The notes beneath the pieces were generated by a model. It was not told where the DNA came from, did not search any database, and saw nothing but the letters and a program-made list of their open reading frames with translations. A program made the translations under genes and the position numbers. Shown piece after piece: positions 9,093 to 20,130 of a stretch of 64,000 bases of DNA. Origin of the DNA: Candidatus Binatia bacterium (GTDB lineage Bacteria; Desulfobacterota; Binatia; UBA9968; JAJDTQ01); assembly GCA_951813575.1 (NCBI GenBank), contig OX638375.1, positions 3,805,108 to 3,869,107 of the forward strand, read 5' to 3'. Position 1 is the first letter of the stretch. Each line of letters begins with the position of its first letter.

Positions 9093-11090
9093 CTACAATT
9101 GACTGTAGTACCAGTCTTCATGGACCAGCGACATGGGCTCCAGGAGATCCTCGGAGATCCCGTCGATGAACTGTGACGGACGCGAGAAGACCATCCCCAG
9201 GGAACGGTCGTACACGCGCGCGGGATAGGCGAAGAACAGGTTTTCCTTGGCCCGGGTGGCGGCCACATAGAGAAGCCGCCGCTCTTCCTCGAGCTCCTCC
9301 AGGCTGTTGGTGTTGTAGTACGACGGGAACCGGCCTTCCAGTGCCCAGATGACGAACACCGAATGCCACTCCAGCCCCTTGGCGGAGTGGACGGTGGACA
9401 GCACCAGGGGGCCTTCGTCGGGGTCCACCGGCAGGGCCTCGTCCACGCTGGCGGAGGGCGGATCCAGCGCCATGTCGCTCAACAGGCGCTCGATGCTCTG
9501 GTAGCGTTCGGTGATCTCCTGGAAGTGCTCCAGGTCCCGCAGCCGCTTGGGGTAGTCGTCGGCGTGTTTTCGCTTGAGGATGGGGAGATAGTACTGCATC
9601 AGGTACTGGGCCATGTCGGCGGGACGGGCCCGCTCCGCGCATTCGCCCATGACCTGGGCCAGGGTCTTGAGCCCCTGCTTCGCCCGGCCCCGCGTCTCGA
9701 TCTGCTTCAGGGCTTGGCCGGGGTCCGCCTCGGCCAGCATCTGGTCGATGAGCTTGCGGCTCATCTGGGGGCCGACGCCCTCCAGCAGCATCAGCACCCG
9801 GCTCCAGGACACCGCGTCCCGCGGGTTGCTCACCACCCGAAGATGCGCCAGCAGGTCCTTCACGTGGGCCGTTTCCATGAACTGGAAGCCGCCGCGCTTC
9901 ACGAAGGGGATGTCGTGGCGGGCGAGCTCGATCTCGAGGTCGAACGAATGGAAGCTCGAGCGGAACAGCACCGCCATGTCCCACAGCGGCACTCCCTCCT
10001 CCCGCAGCTCCAGCACGCGCTGGCACACGAAGCGCGACTGGGTCTGCTCGCTCTCCGCCTGGACCAGCACCGGGACCTCGCCTTCGCTCTTGCTGCTGAA
10101 CAGGGTCTTGTCGTAGCGCTCCGAGGCCCGGGTGATGATCTCGTTGGTGAGCCGCAGGATGGGCTGGGTGCTGCGGTAGTTCTCCTCCAGCGCGATGATC
10201 GTCGTTCCCGGGAACTGGTTCGGGAAGTCCATGATATTCCGGAAATTGGCGCCGCGGAAGGAATAGATGCTCTGGGCGTCGTCGCCCACGGCCATGACGT
10301 TCTCGTGGGTGAAGGCCAGCCGGCGGACGATGTCGGATTGAAGGCGGTTGGTGTCCTGATACTCATCCACCATGATGAAGCGAAAGCGCTCCGACAACCG
10401 GCGCCGCAAGTCCTCGTGCGCATCCAGAAGATCCCGGAGGGAGGTGAGCAGGTCGTCGTAGTCCAGCAGGGACTTCTCGCGCTTGTAGATCTGATAGCGT
10501 TCTGCGATGGTCGACAGCTCCTCCAGGAAGTCCGCCAGGTGGGGATAGTCGCGTTCCACGATTTCGGGGAGGGGCACCTGCTTGTTGCGCGCCAGGCTGT
10601 GGATCTCGGCGATGGTCTGCTTTCGCGGAAAGCGCTTCTCCCGGCTGTCCAGGCCCATCTGCGCGCGCAGGAGCTGGATCACGTCCTCGCTGTCGGAACG
10701 GTCCATGATGGTGAAGCTCGGCGCGAGGCCCAGGAGTTGACCGTATTGCCTCAGCACCATGTTGCCGAAGGAGTGGAACGTTCCGCCGGCCACGCGCTCG
10801 CAACGGGAGTCGGTCAGAAGGCTCGCGCGCCGCAACATTTCTTCCGCGGCGCGGCGGGTGAAGGTAAGCAGCAGGATCGATCGCGGGTCGATGCCTCTTT
10901 CAATGAGCCGGGCCACCCGGTACACCAACGTACGGGTCTTGCCGGTCCCGGCGCCGGCGACGACCAGGAGCGGACCCTCGAGGAACGTCGCGGCTTGCCG
11001 TTGCGCCTCGTTGAGCTCCTCCTCGTAGGCGATGGGAGATGTGGTGCGCGACGGTGTCGAGTCGCTCCTGAGGACGTATTTGCGCGCCAA
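9093..11090 (-). CDS. UvrD/PcrA/Rep family ATP-dependent helicase
   Basis: AGAGTGKT, VDEYQD, GDDAQSIYSFRGA, NYRS, TVHSAKGLEW, EERRLLYVAATRA. Confidence 0.95.
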   Translation of the reverse strand: MARKYVLRSDSTPSRTTSPIAYEEELNEAQRQAATFLEGPLLVVAGAGTGKTRTLVYRVARLIERGIDPRSILLLTFTRRAAEEMLRRASLLTDSRCERVAGGTFHSFGNMVLRQYGQLLGLAPSFTIMDRSDSEDVIQLLRAQMGLDSREKRFPRKQTIAEIHSLARNKQVPLPEIVERDYPHLADFLEELSTIAERYQIYKREKSLLDYDDLLTSLRDLLDAHEDLRRRLSERFRFIMVDEYQDTNRLQSDIVRRLAFTHENVMAVGDDAQSIYSFRGANFRNIMDFPNQFPGTTIIALEENYRSTQPILRLTNEIITRASERYDKTLFSSKSEGEVPVLVQAESEQTQSRFVCQRVLELREEGVPLWDMAVLFRSSFHSFDLEIELARHDIPFVKRGGFQFMETAHVKDLLAHLRVVSNPRDAVSWSRVLMLLEGVGPQMSRKLIDQMLAEADPGQALKQIETRGRAKQGLKTLAQVMGECAERARPADMAQYLMQYYLPILKRKHADDYPKRLRDLEHFQEITERYQSIERLLSDMALDPPSASVDEALPVDPDEGPLVLSTVHSAKGLEWHSVFVIWALEGRFPSYYNTNSLEELEEERRLLYVAATRAKENLFFAYPARVYDRSLGMVFSRPSQFIDGISEDLLEPMSLVHEDWYYSQL

Positions 11091-11273
11091 ACGTGAACTC
11101 CAGTGGTCTCCGGATGGTTGCCGGGGCCGGGAGCGGCCTTGTGGCGTCCGGGAACCGCGGCCCCCGGACAGACCGGAAGGTTATCACAACGCGGGTGCCG
11201 CGGAAAGATTTGTTGTTGCAAACCTAAGGGTAAAGAACTAAACAGGGCAGGAACACTCGATTGGATGGAATCC

Positions 11274-12938
11274 ATGGTGGCAGTCCGGTTCCGTCACTTT
11301 TTCACGATCTTCGTACTTGCATCCGCACTCCTTTCAGGAGGGTCGCTTGCCCAGACCCGCCTCGACGGCGTGGTGGTCACGGACCACCCTGCGGCCGTCA
11401 GGGCGGGGATGGAGATCCTGGAGCAGGGCGGTAACGCCGTGGACGCGGCGGTGGCGGCGGCCTTTGCGCTGGCGGTGGTGGATCCGGCCTCGTCCGGCCT
11501 CGGCGGCGGCGGCGTCCTGGTGGTCTATCAAACCAGGGAAAAGAAGGCTCATGCGCTGGACTTCACCGCGGTTTCCCCGGCGGTTTCCCCGGCGCTCTAT
11601 CAAGGCGTAGCCGGCTTCCCCGCAGGTCCGCTGGAGAGCGGCGCCCTGGCCGTGGGCGTTCCCGGAACCGTGGCCGGGCTCACGGAGGGATTGAAACGGT
11701 TCGGCCGGCTGCCGTTGGAAACGGTGCTGGCGCCGGCCATCCGCTACGCCACGGAGGGGTCCCGGGTGACCCCGAGCCTTCGCCGGGCCATCGAGGACAA
11801 TCTGCCGGTGCTGCGGCAACGGCCCAATTTCGCGCGCATCTTTCTCAATGCGGCCGGAGCGCCTCACGGGGTGGGGGGTGTCATCCGCCAACCGGAATTG
11901 GCGGAGACCCTCCGGACCATCGCCAGGGAGGGCGCGCCGGCTTTCTACGAGGGCGCCATCGGCCAGTCCATCGCGGCCCGGATAAAGAAGGACGGGGGCG
12001 CGGTGACGCTGGAGGATCTCAACAGCTACAAACCGGTGTGGCGCTCGCCCGTCATCGGGAAATACCGGGGCAGGACCGTGATCACGGCGCCGCCGCCGAG
12101 CGCGGGCGGGTTGGCGCTGGTGGGACTCCTGAACGCCATGGAGGGCTATGGCCCGGACCAGTTCCGCCACAACTCGGGGGCCTACCTGCACCTGGTGGCG
12201 GAGACCACCAAGGCGGGCACGGCCGACCTGTTGGAGTTACTGGGAGATCCGGACTTCAACGAGGTCCCGGTTCAGCGCATCACCTCCGGCGAGCGTGCCG
12301 CCGCGGTCCGCAAGCGGGTCTCGCTCGACCAGGCCGCGCGCGGGACCGCGACTTCGTGGAGGTCCCGGTCAGCGGATGACGGCGGCACCAACCACATCGG
12401 CGTGCTGGACGGCGACGGCAACGCGGTGTCCATGAGCGTCGCCGTCGGCAGCTCCTTCGGCGCCAAGGTGCTGGTCCGGGAGACCGGCATCATTCTAAAC
12501 AATCAGATGCAGAACTTTTCGCCGGCGGACGGGTCCGACAGTGCGGAGAGTGCTCCCAACATGCTCAAGCCGCGGAAGCGTCCGGTGAACGGGATGACCC
12601 CGGCCATCCTGCTCGAGGACGATCGGCCGGTTCTGGTCATCGGCGCCTGCGGCGGCTCGAGGATCACGGGCGCGGTGCTTCAGGCCATCCTCAACGTGCT
12701 CGATTTCCGCATGCCTCTGGCCACGGCCCTGGCCGCGGCGCGAATTCATGTGCCCGCGGGCCAGCGCCAAACGGTGGAGGTGGAGACTGCCGTGAGCGAA
12801 GAGGCCGTAAAGGCTCTGGAGGACAAGGGGCACTCGATTCGCAGGACATCCCGGTTGGGAGCGGTTCAAGCCATCCAGGTCGAGGGGAAGCGTATCACCG
12901 GCGCCTCCGACCCGCGCCAGACGGATGCGGCACGGTGA
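11274..12938 (+). CDS. ggt: gamma-glutamyltransferase
   Basis: Signal peptide; GGNAVDAAVA, SSGLGGGG, GTNH nucleophile, GIILNNQM, GASDPR. Confidence 0.92.
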   Translation: MVAVRFRHFFTIFVLASALLSGGSLAQTRLDGVVVTDHPAAVRAGMEILEQGGNAVDAAVAAAFALAVVDPASSGLGGGGVLVVYQTREKKAHALDFTAVSPAVSPALYQGVAGFPAGPLESGALAVGVPGTVAGLTEGLKRFGRLPLETVLAPAIRYATEGSRVTPSLRRAIEDNLPVLRQRPNFARIFLNAAGAPHGVGGVIRQPELAETLRTIAREGAPAFYEGAIGQSIAARIKKDGGAVTLEDLNSYKPVWRSPVIGKYRGRTVITAPPPSAGGLALVGLLNAMEGYGPDQFRHNSGAYLHLVAETTKAGTADLLELLGDPDFNEVPVQRITSGERAAAVRKRVSLDQAARGTATSWRSRSADDGGTNHIGVLDGDGNAVSMSVAVGSSFGAKVLVRETGIILNNQMQNFSPADGSDSAESAPNMLKPRKRPVNGMTPAILLEDDRPVLVIGACGGSRITGAVLQAILNVLDFRMPLATALAAARIHVPAGQRQTVEVETAVSEEAVKALEDKGHSIRRTSRLGAVQAIQVEGKRITGASDPRQTDAAR

Positions 12939-12968
12939 AGGCGACCCGCGGGTCCGGCGCCGCGCCGG

Positions 12969-15879
<2,911 letters not shown>

Positions 15880-15954
15880 GTCGCCGTCACCTTTGCTCTC
15901 ACTCGCGTCCGCACCGTTCACGGACGCCTCGCGGTGGTCCATCAAATTCATGGT

Positions 15955-17100
15955 TCAGTCCAGTGCCTCCAGCAGGATCTCCTGCGCCGCCGCCACGCCC
16001 CGGCCCAAGGTCGCCGGCAAGCCGAACTTCCGGAACGCCATCTCCAGGGCACTGATCGCCACGATCACGTCGAAGGCCCCCATGTGGCCCACGTGGGCGA
16101 TGCGGATCACCTTGCCCTGCAGGTGGTCCTGTCCCTCTGCCAGGGTGACGCCCATGCGCGCTCGCAGGAAGTCGAGCAAGGCATCACCGTCGGCGCCCTC
16201 GGGGACGTAGAGGCCCGTGGCCGCGGGGCTGGGGTGGTCCGGCGAAAGGAGCTCGAGCCCCATGGCCGTCACCGCCGCCCGGGTGGCCCGGGCCATCCGG
16301 GCGTGCCGCGCGTAGACCCGGTCGAGCCCCTCCTCGCGCATCAGCTTGAGGGCAGCGCACAGCCCGAACACCAGTGACACCGCCGGCGTGTAGGCGGTCG
16401 AGCCCTTGGCCTGGCCCTTCCGCTCGCTGTTCAGGTCGAAGTAGAAGCGCGGGGAACCGGTTTCCGCGGTCCTCTGCCAGGCGCGGTCGCTGAGGCCGAT
16501 GAAGGCCAGCCCCGGCGGCAGCATCATGGCTTTCTGGGAGCCCGTCACCAGCACGTCGATGCCCCAGTCGTCCATAGGCACCGACAGCACGCCCACCGCG
16601 GTGACGCCGTCCACCACCAGCAGCGGCCCGCCGTCCCGCGTGAGGGCCGCGATCTCCCGCACCGGATGAAGCGTGGTGGTGGAGGTCTCGCTGGCCTGGA
16701 TGAGCACGCCCTTGGTGTCGGGGTGGGCCTCCAGCGCCTGTTCCACGGTGCTCACCTCGACGGCCGTGCCCCACTCCACGTTGATCTCCACCACGTCGAG
16801 GTCGTAGGCGCGGCAAATACGCAGCCAGCGCTCGCCGAACTTGCCGCCGTTGACCACGATGACCTTCTCCTTCGGCGAGAACAGGTTGGCCACCGCCGCC
16901 TCCATGGCCCCGGTGCCGGACGAGGCCAGGATGATCACGTCGTTCTTCGATCCGAACAGGGTCTTCAGCCCCTGACGCGCCTCCTCCAGGACCACCGCGA
17001 ATTCCGGCGTCCGGTGATGGATCATGGTCTGCGCCATGGCCAACTGCACTTCGTTGGGAATGGGCGTCGGCCCGGGAGAAAGGAGATATTGCTTGATCAT
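15955..17100 (-). CDS. class V PLP aminotransferase (alanine-glyoxylate/phosphoserine aminotransferase-like)
   Basis: PGPTP, SSGTGAMEA, ETST, VDGV, GSQKA(PLP Lys), RIAHVG; sits upstream of serA. Confidence 0.92.
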   Translation of the reverse strand: MIKQYLLSPGPTPIPNEVQLAMAQTMIHHRTPEFAVVLEEARQGLKTLFGSKNDVIILASSGTGAMEAAVANLFSPKEKVIVVNGGKFGERWLRICRAYDLDVVEINVEWGTAVEVSTVEQALEAHPDTKGVLIQASETSTTTLHPVREIAALTRDGGPLLVVDGVTAVGVLSVPMDDWGIDVLVTGSQKAMMLPPGLAFIGLSDRAWQRTAETGSPRFYFDLNSERKGQAKGSTAYTPAVSLVFGLCAALKLMREEGLDRVYARHARMARATRAAVTAMGLELLSPDHPSPAATGLYVPEGADGDALLDFLRARMGVTLAEGQDHLQGKVIRIAHVGHMGAFDVIVAISALEMAFRKFGLPATLGRGVAAAQEILLEALD

Positions 17101-17165
17101 GAGCTCATGTCCGGTGGTGCGTGAACCTTTTCCTCAACGGAACGCCAACGAGACGGGATTTGCAC

Positions 17166-17204
17166 AAAAAAAAGCCTGAACCTCTCTGGCATAGAGACCC
17201 AGGC
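17166..17204 (-). terminator. intrinsic terminator forming the riboswitch expression platform
   Basis: GCCTGGGTCTCT-ATGCCAG-AGAGGTTCAGGC hairpin (12 bp including G-U pairs) followed by T8. Confidence 0.85.
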
Positions 17205-17270
17205 GTTCGGCCGTCCAGCAATCAAGCACTCCCTCGTGGTGAACTCCACGTACACGCCAGTTGTGCAAAC
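17197..17270 (-). ncRNA. ZMP/ZTP riboswitch (pfl RNA motif)
   Basis: Minus strand GCACAACTGGCG..GTGGAGTTCACCAC GAGGGAGTGC ... GGCCGAACGCCTGGG matches pfl hallmarks ACUGGCG, GUGG/CCAC stem, GGGAG, CCG..CGCCUGGG. Confidence 0.88.
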
Positions 17271-17273
17271 TTC

Positions 17274-17302
17274 TTCGTAGCTTGACCGGGCGTTTTTGTC
17301 AA
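17274..17302 (-). promoter_or_regulatory. sigma70-like promoter for the riboswitch leader
   Basis: TTGACA-N17-TACGAA immediately upstream of the aptamer. Confidence 0.65.
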
Positions 17303-17319
17303 TTCCGGCCGTCCGGTAG

Positions 17320-17664
17320 CCGCAACCGCCACGCCGACCCCCGCAACCGCCACGCCGACCCCCGCAACCGCCACGCCGACCCCCGCAACCGCCACGCCGA
17401 CCCCCGCAACCGCCACGCCGACCCCCGCAACCGCCACGCCGACCCCCGCAACCGCCACGCCGACCCCCGCAACCGCCACGCCGACCCCCGCAACCGCCAC
17501 GCCGACCCCCGCAACCGCCACGCCGACCCCCGCAACCGCCACGCCGACCCCCGCAACCGCCACGCCGACCCCCGCAACCGCCACGCCGACCCCCGCAACC
17601 GCCACGCCGACCCCCGCAACCGCCACGCCGACCCCCGCAACCGCCACGCCGACCCCCGCAACCG
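17320..17664. repeat. perfect tandem repeat, 16 copies plus a partial of CCGCAACCGCCACGCCGACCC (21 bp)
   Basis: Directly visible; period 21; no spacers. Confidence 0.97.
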
Positions 17665-17691
17665 TCACCCCGGACTTGATCCGGGGTCCAG
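17663..17691 (+). repeat. REP-like palindrome CGTCACCCCGGACTTGATCCGGGGTCCAG
   Basis: ACCCCGGA/TCCGGGGT stem; a second family member lies at 63315-63364. Confidence 0.75.
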
Positions 17692-17765
17692 GAGGCAGGG
17701 CGGGGGTTGCAACTCCGCCTTGCCCCCTTCCCATGCGCCCCTCGACCGGCTAAATTCCCAGACCC

Positions 17766-18476
17766 ATGGCCACATCGCCCAAGATCATCTTCTTCGACCT
17801 CGACGGCACCATGCTCCGTTCCCAGGACGGCCACGTCGCCTTCAACGAGGCCATACTCAAGACCTTCGGCGTCCCCGGCGACATCCGCACCATCCGCCCC
17901 GACGGCAAGACCGATCCGATCATCCTGCAGGAGATCTTCGACGCCGGCGGCCACGACGTGGAATGGAGCCCGGCGGACACCGCCAGCTTCAGCGCGCACC
18001 TGAAGGAATGCTACATACGCGCCATCTCCGAGGGTCCCACGCGCGTGCGGGCGCTCCCCGGCGTCCCCGAGCTGGTGCGCGAGCTGAACCGCCTGCCGGA
18101 CCTCTGCCTCGGCGTCGTCACCGGCAACATGGAGGTTACCGCCCGCCTGAAGCTCCAGGCCGCCGGCGTCGGCGAGCACATCGGCCCCGGCGCCTTCGGC
18201 AGCGACTCCGCCGTGCGCAACGACCTCCCCGCCATCGCCATGGAACGCTGGAGCCGCCACCTGAACATCCCGGTGGAACCCGGGCAGTGCGTCATCGTCG
18301 GCGACACGCCACGGGACCTCGAGGCCGCCAGGACCAACGGCATGAAGTGCCTGCTCGTGGCCACCGGGAGCTACCATCCCATGGAAGAGCTCCGGGAGCT
18401 GGGAGCGGAAAGCCTGCTGCCGGACTTCTCCGACACCCGGGCCGCGGTGGATGCGTTGCTGGGGCTCTTCGGGTAG
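17766..18476 (+). CDS. HAD family hydrolase (phosphoglycolate phosphatase-like)
   Basis: FDLDGTM, VTGN, GAFGSD, VGDTPRD. Confidence 0.93.
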   Translation: MATSPKIIFFDLDGTMLRSQDGHVAFNEAILKTFGVPGDIRTIRPDGKTDPIILQEIFDAGGHDVEWSPADTASFSAHLKECYIRAISEGPTRVRALPGVPELVRELNRLPDLCLGVVTGNMEVTARLKLQAAGVGEHIGPGAFGSDSAVRNDLPAIAMERWSRHLNIPVEPGQCVIVGDTPRDLEAARTNGMKCLLVATGSYHPMEELRELGAESLLPDFSDTRAAVDALLGLFG

Positions 18477-18487
18477 CCGAGGGATCA

Positions 18488-18549
18488 GTTTATAGCGAGT
18501 TTAGTGAGTTTATCCAGTTTCTATAAACCGGATTAAACATGCTATAAAT
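18488..18549. promoter_or_regulatory. AT-rich phased palindrome, putative operator
   Basis: TTTATAGC/GCTATAAA, GTTTA/TAAAC and GTTTAT/ATAAAC nested about one centre. Confidence 0.55.
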
Positions 18550-18557
18550 GGTCCCCG

Positions 18558-19745
18558 ATGGACCCGATACGCAACCCGTACGCCCCGGGAGCCGGCACGC
18601 AGCCGCCCGAGTTGGCCGGTCGCGACGAAATCCGTGAGTCGGCACGAATCGCACTGGAACGCACCAGAATGGGACGGTCGACCAAGAGCCTCATGATGGT
18701 GGGTCTGCGCGGTGTGGGCAAGACCGTGCTCCTGGATGTCATCCGGGAGAATGCGGAGTCCGGCGGGATCTGCGCCTTGAGAATGGAAGCACCCGAGAAC
18801 CGCTCCCTTCCCTCCATCCTCGCACCTCAACTCCGGGTCGCGCTGTTGAAGCTCTCGAACAGTCAGGCGGCAAGGCGATTGGCGCAGAGGGCCCTGAGGG
18901 GACTCGCTGGATTCGTTGCGGCTCTCAAGGTCAAGTTCCAGGATATCGAGGTCGGATTGGATCTCAAACCGGAACCCGGCTTGGCGGACAACGGAGACCT
19001 CGAGGCCGACTTGCAGGATTTATTCGAAGCGGTCGGCGCCGCGGCCAAGGCGGACGGCACCTGTGTCGCCCTCTTTGTCGACGAGCTTCAGTACGTGGAA
19101 GAGGATCAGTTGGCCGCATTGATCACCGCGTTGCACCGCATATCTCAGCGGCGCCTTCCCGTGGTGATGCTGGGTGCGGGACTGCCCCAGGTACGTGCGC
19201 ACATGGGAAAGGCGAAGTCATACGCCGAACGGCTCTTCGAGTTTCCCGAAATCGGACCGCTGTCGCGTGAAGATGCCAAAGTTGCCATCGCCAAGCCGGC
19301 GAAGGACGAAGGAGTCGACATTGAGCCGGATGCGCTAGATGCCGTGGTTGCCCGAACCGAAGGTTATCCCTACTTCCTCCAAGAATGGGGGAAACACTTA
19401 TGGAATGTAGCCGAGCGTTCTCCGATTACGGTCTCAAGCGTCGAGGTCGCATCTGAACAGGCCATCGCCGACCTCGACGAGAGTTTCTTTCTGATGAGGT
19501 TCGACCGGCTGACGCCCACGCAGAAGAGGTATCTTCGGGCCATGGCTCAACTCGGCCCCGGGCCACATCGTTCCGGGGACATCGCCGACGAGCTAGGCCG
19601 CAAGGTGACCTCCTTGGCCCCCATTCGCAGTCAATTGCTCAACAAAGGCATGATCTGGAGTCCGGGTCATGGAGACACTGCCTTTACCGTGCCGATGTTC
19701 GACGAGTTCATGCGGCGGATCATGCGGGGCGATCAGTGGCGGTAG
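18558..19745 (+). CDS. P-loop ATPase (AAA_16/ATPase_2-like) with C-terminal winged helix
   Basis: NPYAPGAG..P.ELAGR, GLRGVGKT, LFVDELQ, GYPYFLQ, HTH-like C-terminus. Confidence 0.88.
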   Translation: MDPIRNPYAPGAGTQPPELAGRDEIRESARIALERTRMGRSTKSLMMVGLRGVGKTVLLDVIRENAESGGICALRMEAPENRSLPSILAPQLRVALLKLSNSQAARRLAQRALRGLAGFVAALKVKFQDIEVGLDLKPEPGLADNGDLEADLQDLFEAVGAAAKADGTCVALFVDELQYVEEDQLAALITALHRISQRRLPVVMLGAGLPQVRAHMGKAKSYAERLFEFPEIGPLSREDAKVAIAKPAKDEGVDIEPDALDAVVARTEGYPYFLQEWGKHLWNVAERSPITVSSVEVASEQAIADLDESFFLMRFDRLTPTQKRYLRAMAQLGPGPHRSGDIADELGRKVTSLAPIRSQLLNKGMIWSPGHGDTAFTVPMFDEFMRRIMRGDQWR

Positions 19746-19798
19746 TCCATGGTCGTACGCACGGCCATCCAAGAATCTAATCAAGAAGGGGAGCGACC

Positions 19799-20092
19799 AT
19801 GGCAGGTAAGAAGAGCGGTCAGTTCAGCAAGGAGGGAATCGAAGCCCTCGCGAAGGACAAGCCCGTCGTGTATGTGATCGAGGGCAACAGGAGAAACAAT
19901 CTGTATACGGGTGTCGCAAAGAGAGGACGGGTCGAGGAGCGTCTGAAGGAGCATCTGCCAAGTGGCCCAGACCCTGTAACCGGTGGTAAGAGAGTGCGGA
20001 TTCAGCAAAAGCCAAGCATTGCGGAAGCGAAAGAGTCCGAGGCAAGAATTATCAAGCGAAGCAAACCACCTCAGAACAAGAAGGGAAAATGA
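19799..20092 (+). CDS. small GIY-YIG nuclease domain protein
   Basis: VVYVI..NLYTG..R..RLKEH..E..II..P..N pattern; RBS AAGGGGAG. Confidence 0.72.
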   Translation: MAGKKSGQFSKEGIEALAKDKPVVYVIEGNRRNNLYTGVAKRGRVEERLKEHLPSGPDPVTGGKRVRIQQKPSIAEAKESEARIIKRSKPPQNKKGK

Positions 20093-20130
20093 TCCACCGC
20101 GCAGGGTAAACATCCTTCAGGCGAAACGTC

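Noticed and set aside
17320-17664. CRISPR array
   Set aside because: Units are contiguous and identical with no spacers, and no cas genes are in the window
17097-18526. Repeat-encoded proteins (RNRHADP, GGCGGRR, VAVAGVG, LRGSAWR ORFs)
   Set aside because: Open only because the 21-mer has no stops; they overlap the riboswitch and HAD gene and lack an RBS
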